A DNA stretch of 64,000 bases, taken from NCBI RefSeq assembly GCF_009914755.1, contig NC_060934.1; one strand, given 5' to 3'. This stretch comes from the human T2T-CHM13v2.0 reference genome, Homo sapiens. Positions 26,436 to 39,860 of this stretch are shown one piece after another; the stretch's first letter is position 1; every line of letters starts with the position of its first letter. The translations under genes and the position numbers were made by a program. The notes under the pieces were generated by a model. That model worked only from the letters and a program-made list of their open reading frames with translations. It was not told where the DNA came from and ran no database searches.

Positions 26436-29400
26436 ATATAACAGATATAGAGATACATGTTTTATATAGAGAGAATATATGTAATATATAATATATAAAA
26501 GAATGTGCATTATATGTAACAGATTATATGTGACAAAATGATTTCATGATTCTCATATAAAGGAGACACAGAAATTGGTGTGGGTAAATACAGAGTTCTC
26601 TAAGAAGCTTGGGTTTAGGAGCGAAAGGAAACACAAATGGGAAGAACAGCATATAATGATAAAATGAGACTGTAACACATGAGTGTCAGTAAAGCCATAA
26701 CGTAAAACTTGACAAAAGCTACTGCAAGAACAATGACATGATTTTTAAACACTGAGAAAATGACAGCAGTGATTACTAGAGCTCAGAATAGGTTCACTAA
26801 GCCTTGTGATACCAGTTATTTCCTTTTGGATTGTTTTACTAAACTGGCAAGTCAAGGTAATGCTGTAGACACAAAGGGATGACAGAAGACTTGTGGCAAG
26901 ACTATATGTTATCACTGTGGAAAAAGTGAATATTAGCTAAAGAGAAGCACAATTAAACTGAATAATAAGATTATTTTTTACAAAATACTCAAAGGATGAC
27001 AGACTAAGGCCAGTTTGTAAAGTTTTGAGAGGCACATCCCTGTTTTTCCTAATTACCTGTATGAAAACACACAAGACAAACATTAAAGCTGGAGGTAACA
27101 TGGGGCTGTGACAGAAACAGATCCCAAAACAATCTCTACATAGCTGTTCAATTTTACAAAACAAAATGTAAGTTTTTTCACTTTAATTAGGGAGGGCAAG
27201 GAAGAGAATAATTCCTTTTTAAAGGGTGGAAATTTTTAACCGAAAGTAAATTCTCTATGAATTCGCAGTGTGCTGGGTCTGTGGGAAAAAATAACTTACA
27301 CACTATTTGACTACATTTACCAAAAGTATAGTGTTTGTCACAGGATTAGCCTGTTCCATGTTTATTAGACTAAATTCAAAACTTATTTCTGAGTAACACA
27401 CTTTAGAAGAGGACACTTAGAAAAGGGAGAGAGGCCTCAAAACCATGAAACACTTCTCCAGGAAGGAAGGCTGTTTAGCCTAGATAAGAGACGTCTCCAG
27501 GAGGACATGATTACCATTCTCAAGTATGTGGAGACCTGTCAACTAGAAGAACTAAATTTGTTTGGAACAGACACAAGGGGGTAAAAAACATTAATAGGAG
27601 GCATGTTAGGCAATATATCAAATAACTTCCTAACAGTCCTGAAAGCAATGACTTTCTTGGAGAAGCCAGCTTTGGGGTGAAAAGTGGCCTACCCAGTGTA
27701 GAGTCCTCCAAGTGGCTTGACTGCCCATTTCAGACAAAGGAACTTTGCCAGGCCTTGACTGCATCTTTAAGACTAAGTTTAGGGCCAGGTGCCTAACTGA
27801 AAGCTGGCTAGAGACAAAAGTGGTGAGTTCTTCCCTCAGAAATAATGTATTCTGAGGGAAGTGGGAAGAGCAGCAAAACAAACTTTCTGTACACTATCTC
27901 AGCAAAAGACTCAGATTCAGGAACTAGAGTTTCCACAAGAAACTGAACAATTCAGGAAATTTTTTAACTTCCCCTTGCTGATTTTGTTTCGTCAGTCTCT
28001 TTTCTCCATAATCATCTATTAAAAAGAAAGGGCTGCCTTAATTGGATTTCACAGAAATCCCTGTGGAAATTTTTCTAACCCTGGACACACCAACAGTGGT
28101 TACTTTGCAGCCTCCTTTTGCATGCCATAAGCTGCCTGTGTTAGGCAGAAGCATTAGTGTGCACTTGGAACTCACTGCAGGGACTATGAAAAATACCTGT
28201 ATCACATGGGTGAAATGCCGGCTCCGATTTGGAGAGCTGGAGCGTGATGGGCTGCTTCACTTTGCACTTAGGCCAGTCATGCAAGACCTGTTTAGCAGTC
28301 TTTCAAATGTGTTACCCAGCCTTCTTCACCTGTGCCAAATTTCTCACTTTTAGCTTCTCACCATTTGTGTGGAATGCCACAATGCCTGGCACAGTGTAAA
28401 ATTGAATCAATAAAATTAAATTGTTGCTTCACAATGTCAAAACTCCAGAATTCCGGAACATACGGGAGACAAACTCAAATACATACAGTGCTGACTGTAT
28501 TACTAGATTCCTAAAGCAAGTCCTCTCAATTCAATCACAAGTATTAATATTACACAATAAGAGTAGACTACAGCAAGAGTTCACACATTGGACTTTGCCC
28601 TTATCAGCTATAGACAGAATGTAGGATGAGATTTAAAAGTTACAAAACTGATTTTTCCACACACAGTTATCACATTTTTTTCAAATTAAAAGGAGTGTTA
28701 TCCTTCAAAAGTCATCTTGAGAACTCATCTGTCAGCCACGAAGAAAATCTGTTTCATTTCTTTATGGTAAGTCCCAGGATGCTTGCCCCTTTGCTGCCTT
28801 TGGCTCTCTCTGTCCCTCCTCCTCCCTGTGGCGCAGTTAGAGCACTGTCAGCTTTCAGAGCCCAGATGCCAAGAAAGGAGCTATGCAAAGGCTTGCCCTC
28901 TTGCACTGTGATGAAGAGGAAGCCTTCAGAGCGGAAATGAAGAGCCCCAACCATGGGTGAATTCAAATCACAATGAGCCTAAGCCAGCTGTACGAAATGT
29001 TACATCCAAAGAGACTTGTATGAGGTAACTAGTTCACATGGCCATTTTCAACAGTTATTCACCATTTGTTTCAGGTTCAAGAGCCAGAGTAGCAAGCATG
29101 ACCGTTAAGAGGTCACTCTGGAGTCTGACAAACCTGAGTTATGGCTGTGTCTCCAAGCTTGAGACCCCTGAGCTAGTAACATAATCTCTCTGGGCCTCAA
29201 CTTCCTCAGGAAAAAGGGAGACAAGGATGGTTGCTACAGAGGGGCTGCAGTAAGGTTAAAGTGAGATATTATATGTCTACCGGCACTTAGCCTAGCACCT
29301 GCACACCGTAAGCCCTCCACATTGCAGTGGTTATTGTTATCAGGTTTAGCTGACAGGCTGTGAACAGGACCTGACAGAATCCTTTAGCCATTTATCAGGG

Positions 29401-30496
29401 CTATGACCTTGCACCATTTGCCCTTGTGGAACCTAACTTCCTAATTCATATGTGAGGAATATAGACTCACAGACTTAGGGGTAAGGAGGTCGTGCTTATT
29501 TAATAAATATTAGATTTCCATCTAGTCTTTCACTATACAGCACAGCAAAAGGCAATCTTTTATTTACTCCAAAAACTCAATAGTCTAAATCCTCTAATAT
29601 ATACCAAGTATGGATATTTTTGACTGTTTTCTTACGTGTAGAAAGATTGGACCAAATCAGCTCTGATCCTAATATTCAAATCAATAAAAGATTACTAAAA
29701 ATGTCTTTTTATCTTCACCATTATAATCCAAAATATTGCCTTGCCATCTTCAAAAGAGGACTGCCTTAAATGTTTATGTTTTGAGACAACATTAAAAGTT
29801 TAAGTGCTTTCTAAAACTTCCCTGCCTCTAGTATCCCTGTCCTAAATTTGGGGGTGGAGGAAGTAAAGGAGGAGGAAACACACATACCCTTCAAACGAAT
29901 AACAAAACCTGGAGTTTCCGCAACAAGGAATTCTTTAAACTATATATGCCATGCTTACACAATGCTTTGCACAAATCTATTTGTGAAGTCTGAAGATCAT
30001 GGCACCAGAATTGAGCAACTAACCACAAATGAAGTGGTTATGTAATGAAGCTAAGTCATTACTGTATGGCTTAACCATAAAATTTCCAAAGAGCTTTAAC
30101 TCTTGTGACCCACACAAACTACAATTTAAAGCTGAAAAATAGCTCCTCACAAGCCTCTTTAAAAAAATAAAAAATAAAGCTGGAAAAAATCTTGGTCATC
30201 TCTTTAATATAACACTCTCATTCTACATATGAAGCCACAAAAGCCCAGATAGTTTAAGTGACCCATCTGAAGGGCCACAGCCAGAAGGGGTAAGATTTGG
30301 GTTTAGAACTACAGTTTCCAAGGTCTAGTCCTGGGTTCTCTCTCCCAGATGAGCTTGTTCTTCCTTTAGTGTATTATCACCTGTAAAGTATTTTTACTTG
30401 CCAACACTAGTGATTAAAATTAACATTCCAATGGATTACTATTGAAATAACTTCCGTTAAGATTTTCAGTCAATTTTCATAGTCCTCAGTAAATTA

Positions 30497-30873
<377 letters not shown>

Positions 30874-31343
30874 TCATGATAGGCTCAGAAAAACCAAAAC
30901 ACTGCCAAATACCAATGCAAATAGTTTTGATTCAACGTCTGTATCACAGCCACTCCAGGCTTCATTCGTCTGTAAGAATGAAAGCTCAGACTAGATCATC
31001 TGTAACCTCACCTTCCAACTCTCACATTCTCTGCCCCCCTTGCCACCTGCCCCTGCCCCTCCAAAGACCTCTACTTTTTACTTATTTGCCTGGCATCCTA
31101 GTCATTGCTAAAAGGCCAAGCGCAGCATCTATCCACAGGATACCTATGTGTTCTATGAGTACTACACTCGAAATACTAACTGAACAATTTGGTTATCTTT
31201 GATGAGACAACCTGCATTAGACCGTCTGTAAAGCTTTTAGTTTAAAAAAATTATGTTAAAAAATATTTTGCAATTTTACCTTGAGACTTTTTTCACTTCA
31301 CACGTTCTTTCTTCCGTCTTTTTTTTAAAGGTTGGTTTTGGGT

Positions 31344-31638
31344 TTTTTTTTTGTTTTGAGACGGAGTCTAGCTCTGCCGCCCAGGCTGGAGTGCAGTGGC
31401 GCGATCTCACTGCAAGCTCCACCTCCCGGCTTCATACCATTCTCCTGTCTCAGCCTCCCAGGTAGCTGGGACTGACTACAGGCGCCCGCCGCCACGCCCG
31501 GCTAATTTTTTTGTATTTTTAGTAGAGACGGGGTTTCACCGTGTTAGCCAGGATGGTCTCGATCTCCTGACCTCGTGATCCGCCCGCCTCGGCCTCCCAA
31601 AGTGCTGGGATTACAAGCGTGAGCCACCGCGCCCGGCC
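31344..31638 (-). mobile_element. AluY-like element
   Basis: CpG-rich antisense Alu; taaaggttg TSD. Confidence 0.92.
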
Positions 31639-32019
31639 TAAAGGTTGTTTTTTATACAACTCATTAACTCAAGGATTATATACATCTTACCTTAGCCCCA
31701 GCCCATTTTAAATTCCTTATCAAGACAAGCAGTTTCTGAAATCCAGAATCTGGTTCTCTGTAATCTTTTTAAAACCACACAAACAAACGTTAATATCGCA
31801 ACAGATTTAAAATAAGATAATAATAAATTCACTATTGAACATTTTAAGATTTAACACTTCAGAGTTTACTAGGCTCAGATTTGTCCACCTTTATACAAGC
31901 AACTGAGGGCAATAAATCCCAGCACATCAATTTTCTAAAGTAGTAACTGAAAACCGACCGCAAGGCATTTCTAATTCGAAAACAAGGCATTTCTAATACG
32001 AAAGCAACAGTGACTCATG

Positions 32020-32560
32020 CGGCTTTCTAGACTTCCCAAAAGCCCTTTCCAAGCGGCCTCAGGAGCCCTTGCCCTCGCCCCGGTCGCCGATTCGCACGCA
32101 GTTGTGCAGTCAGCCGCTGCGACCCGGCTCCTGCCCGGCGCCAGCCCTGCAAGGCTACCGGCCTCAAGGGCTCCCGCTACGGCCCCTGGGCTGCCAGACG
32201 TACCTCACAGGCCAGGTCACCGACTCACCAGCTGCCCGGCAAGCGACAGGCTGCTTTACCCCTGACCCGAGTGCGAAAGGTCCCCGAGCCCGGGCCTCGT
32301 CCCGCCCACGCGTCACACGGCAACTCCAGTTCGCCCGGGCCACTAGCGAGCTGGAGCGCTCAAGCCAAGGGCGGGGAGGAGCGGAAAACTCCGCCCATTG
32401 TTGCCCTGCTCCCAGCCAGTCCCCGCTGGCGCTCGCGGCCCCCCTGCAGCTCCCTCCCCGCTGGGCCTCCCTGCTAGACGCCTGCTGCCCCCGCCCGGCC
32501 CCCAGGGTAAGGCCAGCTAGAAGGACCTCGGATGGCACCTGGGGCTCCTCTCCAGCCTCT
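32020..32560 (-). promoter_or_regulatory. NCOA4: Internal CpG-island promoter with alternative non-coding first exon of NCOA4 (about 32340 to donor at 32204; second donor at 32229)
   Basis: CpG-dense block with GC boxes (gggcgggg, ccgccc), donors GAG|GTACGT and CTG|GTGAGT on the - strand; agrees with a recalled NCOA4 5' UTR. Confidence 0.75.
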
Positions 32561-33783
32561 CCTCTCCCCACTTGCTCCACCCGATAATGGGCCCAACTCA
32601 ATGAGAATTATATATGAACTATAATGAATTACATGAATTAAAATGTTTAGGACAGTGCCTGGCAATATAGCCCTACCTACCTGTGACTATCATGCTTATG
32701 GTACTTCTAGCTTTCCCTTTTCTCCAAGATAATCCTCATAGCCTGCATATGCAATCAGGCCAAAAGATGAAATCTAGACAATGTTGTAATTCTATTACCT
32801 TTCAGTCGATTTTTTGAATGTAAAATACTTGCTGTTGTCTATGCATATAAAGCTGTTTTTGTTAATATTAAGAGTAAAGCAAAATCACATGAGAAACACC
32901 AAAGGGGAACACTAAGGAGCCATTACCCTAAATTAAGTATCCCTTAGATTTCAGATGAACAGAGTGGAAGTGCCTGCTTTGTCTGTGATGCATACAATTT
33001 CTGGGACCCCAATCCAGGCATTCATTATCAAAAATAAGAAAATTTCTCCCTAATTCCAAAAGCCCTCCTTGGATAATACATTTCGTAAAGACACAAAAAA
33101 AACAGACATACTTCTGAATGACTAAAGTTACAATTTTATGGTCCTTTGTACTAATTTACATCAATGGCAACAAAGAAGGAATTCTATTAAAATATAACTC
33201 ATGTCAGGAACTTTCATCTATTTTATGTGCCTCTGAAAAATGGCTGATCACAATGTAAATACAAAGAAACTTTGTTGGCCGTCACCTACTTAACCAACGG
33301 TCTCTGTTCTCTCTCTAAAAGATCCTGACCAACGCCCCAGCACAGTAAAGTCTTCAGCTACTCCCCTATGTATATGTTCACTGAGTTTCACAGTTATATT
33401 CATTTGTGTTTCTCTCCTCAAGCCAGCTGTAGCTGTTACTATAATGATGTGATTTATTAAATATTACATAAACATAAAAAGACTAAGGAGAAAGAAAATC
33501 ACAAAAATCTAAAATTCTGCACTCAGACCACTTTACATGTAGCTTTTTACTCCCTTATGCTTCACTATTTGCCCTTGTGTCTTTATAAAATGTTTAGGTT
33601 CTAAAGGGGAAAAATGCATAAGGTATTTTACCTCTCTTCTGCTTCAAGAATTTCTATGCTGTCTCAAAACAACAACCAACCATCCCAAGTAGATCATCTC
33701 ATCTAAAGCAGCGTAGCTCTCCTATGGCTCCCCATTTGCCTACAGGATAAAGTCCAAATTTCTTTTAAAGGCAATAAGGCTCC

Positions 33784-34357
33784 TGAGTTAGGGTTCTCCA
33801 GAGAGATGGAACATTATATAGACAGACATAGATATAGACATAAAGATATATACAGATATAGATATGAGAGGGGATTTATTAGGGGAACTGGCTCATGTGA
33901 TTAGCAGGCTGAGACATCCCATGACAGGCTGTCTGCAAGCTGGAGACCCTGGGATGCCAGTACCATGGCTCAGTCCAAGTGCAAAGGCCTCAGAACCAGG
34001 AAAGCAGATGGTGTAACTCTCAGTCTGAAGCCAAAGGCCTGAGAACCCAGGGGGCCAATGATACAAGTCCTGAAGCCCAAAGCCTGGGGAGCCTGGAGTT
34101 CTGTTGTCCAAAGACAGGAGAGGAAGAATGTATCCCAGCTCCAGCAAATAGATCTGCCTTTTCAATGTTTTTGTTCTCTCTGGGCCCCAGCAGATTGGAT
34201 GGTGCCCACACACACTGAGGGTGGATTTTCCCCACCTAATCCACTTGGATTCACACCCCAATATCCTCTGGAAACAGACACACCCCAAAATAACATTTTA
34301 CCAGGTTTCTAGATGTCCTTAATCCAGTCAAGTTGACACCTAAAATTAACCATCACA
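33784..34357 (-). mobile_element. MLT2B-like solo LTR (ERVL)
   Basis: ttagggttctccagaga...ccagtcaagttgacacctaaaattaaccatcaca termini with internal TA/GA-rich tract. Confidence 0.85.
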
Positions 34358-35859
34358 GCTGTCTATTTCCTGGCCTCACTCTGACTCTCCTGCTGTCTCC
34401 CAGAACAGCTCCCACACCCTAATCTACTGGACAGCTTTTCTATGCATAGGATAGTTTGGTTTATCTTGTGCAGCTTGGCTATGCCAGTTCTGTCAGCAAT
34501 GCCAGTCTCTCCTCTTCTCCCTACCTATCTGCTTTTCAAGTCACCATCACTAACTACAAAGCCTTTCCTGACTGAGCACCTCACTCCTCAATACTTTTGG
34601 CCAATAGAGTTGGCTGCTCCCTCCTGCATTACCACTGTAATCTGTATGGGTTTCCGGCAGGACGCCTGTAACATATGTTACCCTATTGTTACATGCCTGC
34701 CTCCTTAGCCTGAGGGCTCCATGAGAGAAGAAACCATGTCTTATTTATGAATTAATAGCTTTGTACATCCTAATACTAAGCAGACAACCTGGTATCAGTA
34801 CCTTGTCATTACCAACCGTTCACATTCTATGTGTGCCACTGAATCGACATAAAGAGAAAATGTCCCTGGCAATTGTACAATGCTTCACCCTAATATTCAA
34901 CAGAGGCCTAAGACATTTTGGACAAACGGATGAATATATGATAAATTAATGTTTAGGTTCAGACTAGCCACAGTAAGTATGGTATAGTTCTGCTTTAAAC
35001 ATAGATAATCAACTTGATGTCCCACTAAGGCCTGTATTAATGCAGGAAGGTTTTTTCAGAGAAAGAAAATGTTTCTAGCACAACTATTACTTTTGGCTTT
35101 TTTCAAACAAGACAAAGCTGGCAAGGGTGTTGCCACTGAAAGTATGATCCCAGAATAAGTGCTGAGATAGTGTCTTTCCTGCTGCCAGAACCACAAAGCT
35201 CAGCTTCATGGATTCACACAAATAGCAGCAAGATTGTGGGTTAAAGGGGACACATTTACTGTATTTTACAGCCAACTCTGGATTTTTTCTTCAGAGTTGG
35301 CAGTACCACAGAAATTCTAACTGAATTTCAAGTTGAATATTGGGGGGACTATATTCAACTTGAAACTTCTTGCCATAATAGAGTCAAGGATAGGAAAATA
35401 TGTTAACTTACCTACTATCACAGTAATAATGCCATTTTATCCTGATTTTATATGGCAAACACTTTGTGGTTCTCCCCATAGAAGCCAACAAGTGATAAAA
35501 TATTAATATTTTCCCTCCTTTAAAGCCTAGAGGACTAACAATAATGCCAAAATAAAGCTCAAAACACACCTGAGATTATCTTCTTTTGAAAGCTGAAATT
35601 GTCTCAGTATTAAAAGACTTAACTTCTCACCCATGACCAAACTGACAACAAAACCTTTTAACCTATTTTGTGAGCTACTCACTACTTCACTGAACCAAAC
35701 TGCCATATTTGTAGAGCACTTAGGTAATGCTGCATAAGAGGAATATTAAGCCCCAAAGGTGCCCCCAAACACACTGCTAACCCCAAAGAGGAACATCTTG
35801 ATTAATCAAGCCAAGCAAAATTAGGGATGACAACTTGGGATAAGAATGACTAAGAGTGG

Positions 35860-36163
35860 TCCGGGCGCGGTGGCTCACGCCTGTAATCCCAAAACTTTGG
35901 AAGGCCGAGGCGGGCGGATCACGAGGTCAGGTCAGGAGATCAAGACCATCCTGGCTAACACGGTGAAACCCCATCTCTACTAAAAAACACAAAAAATTAG
36001 CTGGGCGTTGTGGCGGGTGCCTGTAGTCCCAGCTACTCGGGAGGCTGAGGCAGAAGAATGGCGTGAACCCGGAAGGCGGAGCTTGCAATGAGCGGAGATC
36101 GCCCACTGCACTCCAGCCTCCTGACAGAGCAAGACTCCGTCTCAAAAAAAAAAAAAAAAAAAA
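35860..36163 (+). mobile_element. AluY-like element
   Basis: Full Alu; aagaatga(c/t)taaga TSD. Confidence 0.92.
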
Positions 36164-36306
36164 GAATGATTAAGACTTAAGACTGTAGTCATTCATATCA
36201 GAAGTTAAGCATTGCAATGTTATGATTTAACAATCAAAGAAGATAAGCTAAGGACAATATGGCAGCTCCTCTAACTGACATGCATGGAGATAGTATTAAT
36301 GCCTAC

Positions 36307-36340
36307 CAGCTAGAGCAAAAGTGGTCAACTGGGCCCCCAT
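36307..36340 (-). CDS. NCOA4: NCOA4 optional exon (36403-36307) adding a 16-aa N-terminal extension MGAQLTTFALAGAVRR
   Basis: Acceptor ttttcatacag, ATG in GGAATGG context, donor CTG|GTAGGC; 34 nt plus 14 nt of exon 2 = 16 codons in frame with Met1 (630 aa). Confidence 0.8.
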
Positions 36341-39072
36341 TCCAGCCTAGACCTCCACATTGTTCATGTGCGTTCTATGTTGAAGCAATGTGTCCAGACA
36401 TAACTGTATGAAAACAAAGTCAAGATGAAAACCTTGGATGAAAATTTTAAAAGGACTAAAAAGTAGCAAGAAGAGTAATAAAAAATGCCATGGCCTTCTA
36501 CAGTTCTTCCATGAAACTGAACTTAACCCAATGCATACATACTGGTTGGGTGGTCTGTTATCGACACTTTAGGCTTGCCTTTGCAACCTAACCAGTATGT
36601 GAACAGAGGCAGTGAATTCACTGCTGATTTCAGTACTGCTTGAGAAAGTGCTCTCTGAACCAGCAGCACATTCCACTGTATATCCTAAAGAGTGACAAAT
36701 CTTCATTTTCTGAGGCTAGGTATACTTTCTTGGAAAGATCTGATGACTAATATATGTAAAGCACTTAAAATAGTGCCTGATGCACATTAAGAGCTATAGA
36801 AGTATTACCTATTTTTATTACTTTTAGTCAAAGAACAGGATATAACAAAGAAAGACATAAAGTTCATCAATTTCATTACCATCATCTCTCTCCAGGACTC
36901 TTGCAGAAACCTCATGACTGCTACCTACTCTTCCCCTCTACCCTTACTCTTCTCCTCCTGCTGCTCCTTTAGCTTAACAAGGATGCTTCTGCCTCAGGGC
37001 CCTTGCGCTTTCCTCCAGGTATCCTCGAGCCCAGGCCTTCACTTCCTTCAGGTGTCTGCTCAGAGGTCATCTTCTCATTGAGGCCATTCCTCACCATCTT
37101 TTATTTTTAAAAGTCTTGCCTCCAATCCCCCTTAATATGCTTTATTACTCTCCATAGTACTAACCACAGTCTGGCACGTAGCAACCATTTATTTTCTGAT
37201 CTCCCTTCAGAAAACATACTAGAAGGTAAGTTCCACATGGCGGGGACTTTGTCTTTTTGTTCACTGTTGTATAGTAGGTGTTCAACAATTAATTACTGAG
37301 TAAATGAATTCAGTAAGTATTTACATCTAGTCTACTATGTGCCGAGCCTTTTTTTAAAAAACTCACTATCTCAATTAGCCCTCATTAAAGTGGCTATTAT
37401 CATCACCATTAATTAAAAAAAAAAAAAAAGCAGACTTGACAAGGTTAAATATATTACCTACAGTCACAAACTCCCAAGTAGAAGAGCCAAGATTTAATCC
37501 CAGATCTGAGTCCAAAGTCCCTAACCACACCTGGTATGTTGAAGGAATCATTAAGTATTAAGGTATTATGTATTCATCCAACAACTATTTATTGAGTACC
37601 TAAACTGACACTACTGTGATAGTCCCTGAGAACACAATGGTGAGCTTGCCACCTAGAGGAGAACTCGTGTCATAGATTCACCAACCAAGCAGAAAATACT
37701 AATTCTTTGAAATAAGAGACTGAGTTCAAAGTCCATCAGCAGCAGCAATGACTGGCTCTGAATGCTAACACTATGTGAGGGAAAGTATTATAAAACACTA
37801 ACTTAGGGACTCTCAACCGGGGGAGGGATATGTGTCAGGATATCCTATGGAGTTTTATGAAACCCCTACACCGGATCCTGAGATTCTGGCACAGCTATAC
37901 TGATTTAATAAAAAAAAAAAAAAGGGGGGGGTGAGGGGTACTATGTAGTTCTAAAATATCTTCTCTCCCTTTGAGAAGGACATCTTCCTCCCCTTCCATA
38001 GCTCAACATGTTTTTCCATTTCCGAAATGCCTGTTTGCACAAAGGTAATAATGTAATTGTAGAGATTTATTTAGATAAAAACTACCACAAAACTTTCAAA
38101 GAGTAGGATTTTCCTTAGAGACCCAAGGACAAAGGCTCCCTGGAAGGCAGGAAAGGAGAAAATGAAAGGAACGTTATTGTGCTGGACTTTACATACATAA
38201 TCTCATTTACTTATCTGAACAAATCTGCAAGCTAGCAAATCTTCAAATGAGAAAACCAAGTAAATTGCCTAAGCCACTGCATCCTTAGGGTAAGTCTTTC
38301 TCAAACGGTCTCAAGTACTTTAAAGTTTGGAAATGTCACACTAGGATCTCGGTATAAAAATGGGCCAACTATGACTTCCTGTGCCATCCTCATTCCAATA
38401 AGTAACTCAAGAGTCTCTATAAACTTAGTTCCAAATTACCAAGTGCGTGGTGGAAAGCTAAGTCCATCCAAAAGGCAATTACTGTGGTGAACCCGACCCT
38501 GATTAGAAAGTGACACAAAAAGGCACAGTTAAAAGTAAAAAAGCTCTGCCTTTGGGGTCAGATAAATTCAGCACTCTGACTTCTGTCATTCTACTTCTGC
38601 CATTCTTGATGGCATCATTCCATGTTAAATCCCGTGCCACGTAAGATTATGATTATTGTTTTCCCCACAACAAGAATTTAGTTCCATGAGAATTAGGTGT
38701 CCATTTTTTTCATTGCTATCCTCAACATCCTGAACATACAGGCACCAAATAAATGATTGCTGGTGGAATGAACCAATGAATGAGCAAGCCTTACTCTTCT
38801 CAGCTGTAAAACAGAGATAATCAAGCTACTTTTCGGGATTATTGGGAGAATTAAATGTGACAGTATGTGTTTGGCACACAGAGGGCCAAAAAAACCCAAT
38901 ATCTTCTTTGCATTTCCACCTGACAAGCTAGAAATGGATTATGTTCTGTGCCCGTCCGGCAAAACAGACCTCGCCTCGCCCCACATCCAAGCAAGAGGCG
39001 AGAGAAACAGGAAACTTGGAGCTGTCACACCTAAAGAGAGGGGAAGGCCGGCGGGGAGCAGGAGGTGTCCGA

Positions 39073-39365
39073 GCCGGGTGTGAGGAGGGTCGGGGAGGAA
39101 AGGACAGGCCCACGGCCGGGCACGAGGAGGGTCGGGGAGGAAAAGACAGGCCCGGGCCCGGCGTGTGGCGGGAAGGCGAGAACGTAGGCCCGGGCCCGGC
39201 GTGTGGCCGGAAGGGGAGAAGACAGGCCCGGGCCCGGCGGGCAGGCAGGAAGAGGTGCCCGGGCCTGGCGTGTGGAGGGGAGGGAAGGGAAGGAGAAGGC
39301 AGACCGGTCCCGGTGTCGGTCGGGTCGGGAAGGGGCGGACAAGCCCGGGCCCAGCGGGCCAGCGG
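39073..39365 (+). repeat. Degenerate GC-rich minisatellite, about 7-8 units of 31-45 bp
   Basis: Recurrent unit gcccggcgtgtgg...gaagg..aga..acaggcccgg read directly. Confidence 0.7.
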
Positions 39366-39400
39366 TCATCGAGCCTCCACCCGGCCCACAGCGTTCTTAC

Positions 39401-39500
39401 CAGGTCCGAGTGCCTCTCCAGGCGATCCGAGGAGACCTTGGGTGGACTGAGACACGGCCCCACACTAACCTACGGCCCAAAGGCAGAGTTCTCGCGACAA
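39401..39500 (-). other. NCOA4: NCOA4 major non-coding exon 1 (TSS approximate)
   Basis: Strong donor CTG|GTAAGA at 39400 within the CpG island, downstream of NRF1/BANP/GC-box motifs. Confidence 0.8.
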
Positions 39501-39860
39501 CACAATCTTCCTCCCACACCTCTCGCCATACGTCTGACAGTCTCGCGAGATCTCCGCTCGGGTCAGCCAGAAGCCCTTGACTGCCCTCTAGGAGGCGCAG
39601 AGCGCAGGCGCACACTCCCTCCCCGCCCTTGCAGTGTCCTTTAGTCCTTCGTGAATAAATCGAAATTAAATGAAGCAAATGCTTTTTTGAAGGCAAATTT
39701 GGTGCCAAGGACCATCCTAAGTGATTCAGATGGCCTCACAAGGTAGATATTATTTAGTTTGAACATTCAGATGCAAAAATGAATATCGTAAGACACAAAA
39801 GGCCATATGTTGTATGATTCCACCTTTGCCACATTTGTTTTTCTAAGGATTGAGTTAATA

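Larger units (their letters stand above)
38945..39640 (-). promoter_or_regulatory. NCOA4: NCOA4 main CpG-island promoter
   Basis: Very high GC/CpG; TCTCGCGAGA at 39541-39550, GCGCAGGCGCA at 39602-39612, GC box at 39621-39628; no TATA box seen. Confidence 0.88.

Noticed and set aside
38939-39708. Stack of 100-174 aa ORFs (also 32017-32601)
   Set aside because: Stop-codon depletion in GC-rich CpG islands and the minisatellite.
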